This document shows positions 63,701 to 64,000 of a DNA stretch of 64,000 nt, piece by piece (within the stretch, counting starts at the first letter, position 1; every line of letters starts with the position of its first letter). Origin of the DNA: Mobula hypostoma (lineage: Eukaryota). The notes beneath the pieces were generated by a model that ran no database searches, was not told where the DNA came from, and saw only the letters and a list, made by a program, of their open reading frames with translations. The position numbers were made by a program, and so were the translations under genes. The DNA is taken from the NCBI RefSeq assembly GCF_963921235.1, contig NC_086108.1, positions 61,940,001 to 62,004,000 on the forward strand, in the 5' to 3' direction.

Positions 63701-64000
63701 CACAATTCTGATTTGATGGAGACAGATGTGAGAGTATGGAGGAACATCTGGAGAAACTTCTGAATAGCAGTTTCCGCTGCTACTGTGTGGTAACCGTAAT
63801 CTCCAGAGCAGAAGGCCCCGAATCCTTGGCTTCGCTTGTTTTGGCAACCGGGGCTAGGTCGAAGGCGCTCGGTAGAGGATGGCGCTCAGGAGGCTGTATC
63901 AGAGGGGCTGGTCGGAGGCTCAAAGCTTTTGGATGGACGGACTCGGTGTCGGCTGTGGTCAGCTGCTTCCAAGGCACCAGCAGTTGTCGGTGCCTTGAAG

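Overview
This is eukaryotic, repeat-dense DNA with no recognisable host protein-coding gene. The repeat mix (dominant CR1 LINEs with an SGNH-esterase ORF1, V-, Deu- and CORE-SINEs, Rex1, Neptune-type Penelope) suggests a cartilaginous fish, probably a ray; that assignment is inference. Most of the window is nested retroelement remnants: CR1, Rex1, RTE, Tx1, L1, Penelope-like elements (PLEs), Gypsy, solo LTRs and a retrovirus-like provirus. MITEs and a Chapaev3-like DNA transposon are also present. Three things stand out. (1) A PLE system: one near-full RT+GIY-YIG element with an inverted terminal repeat, plus short, often palindromic derivatives, several with target-site duplications (TSDs), centred on a minimal hammerhead-ribozyme motif whose core is intact at 42953-42986. 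(2) A 2.07-kb ORF1-only 'half-L1' flanked by a 16-bp TSD (39068-41136). (3) A minus-strand retrovirus-like provirus (3172-11349) with two Gag zinc knuckles, a tRNA-Leu PBS, a retroviral tether/RNase H, a deleted RT core and no recognisable env. All calls were made by eye. Boundaries without a quoted TSD or TIR are approximate to tens of bp.
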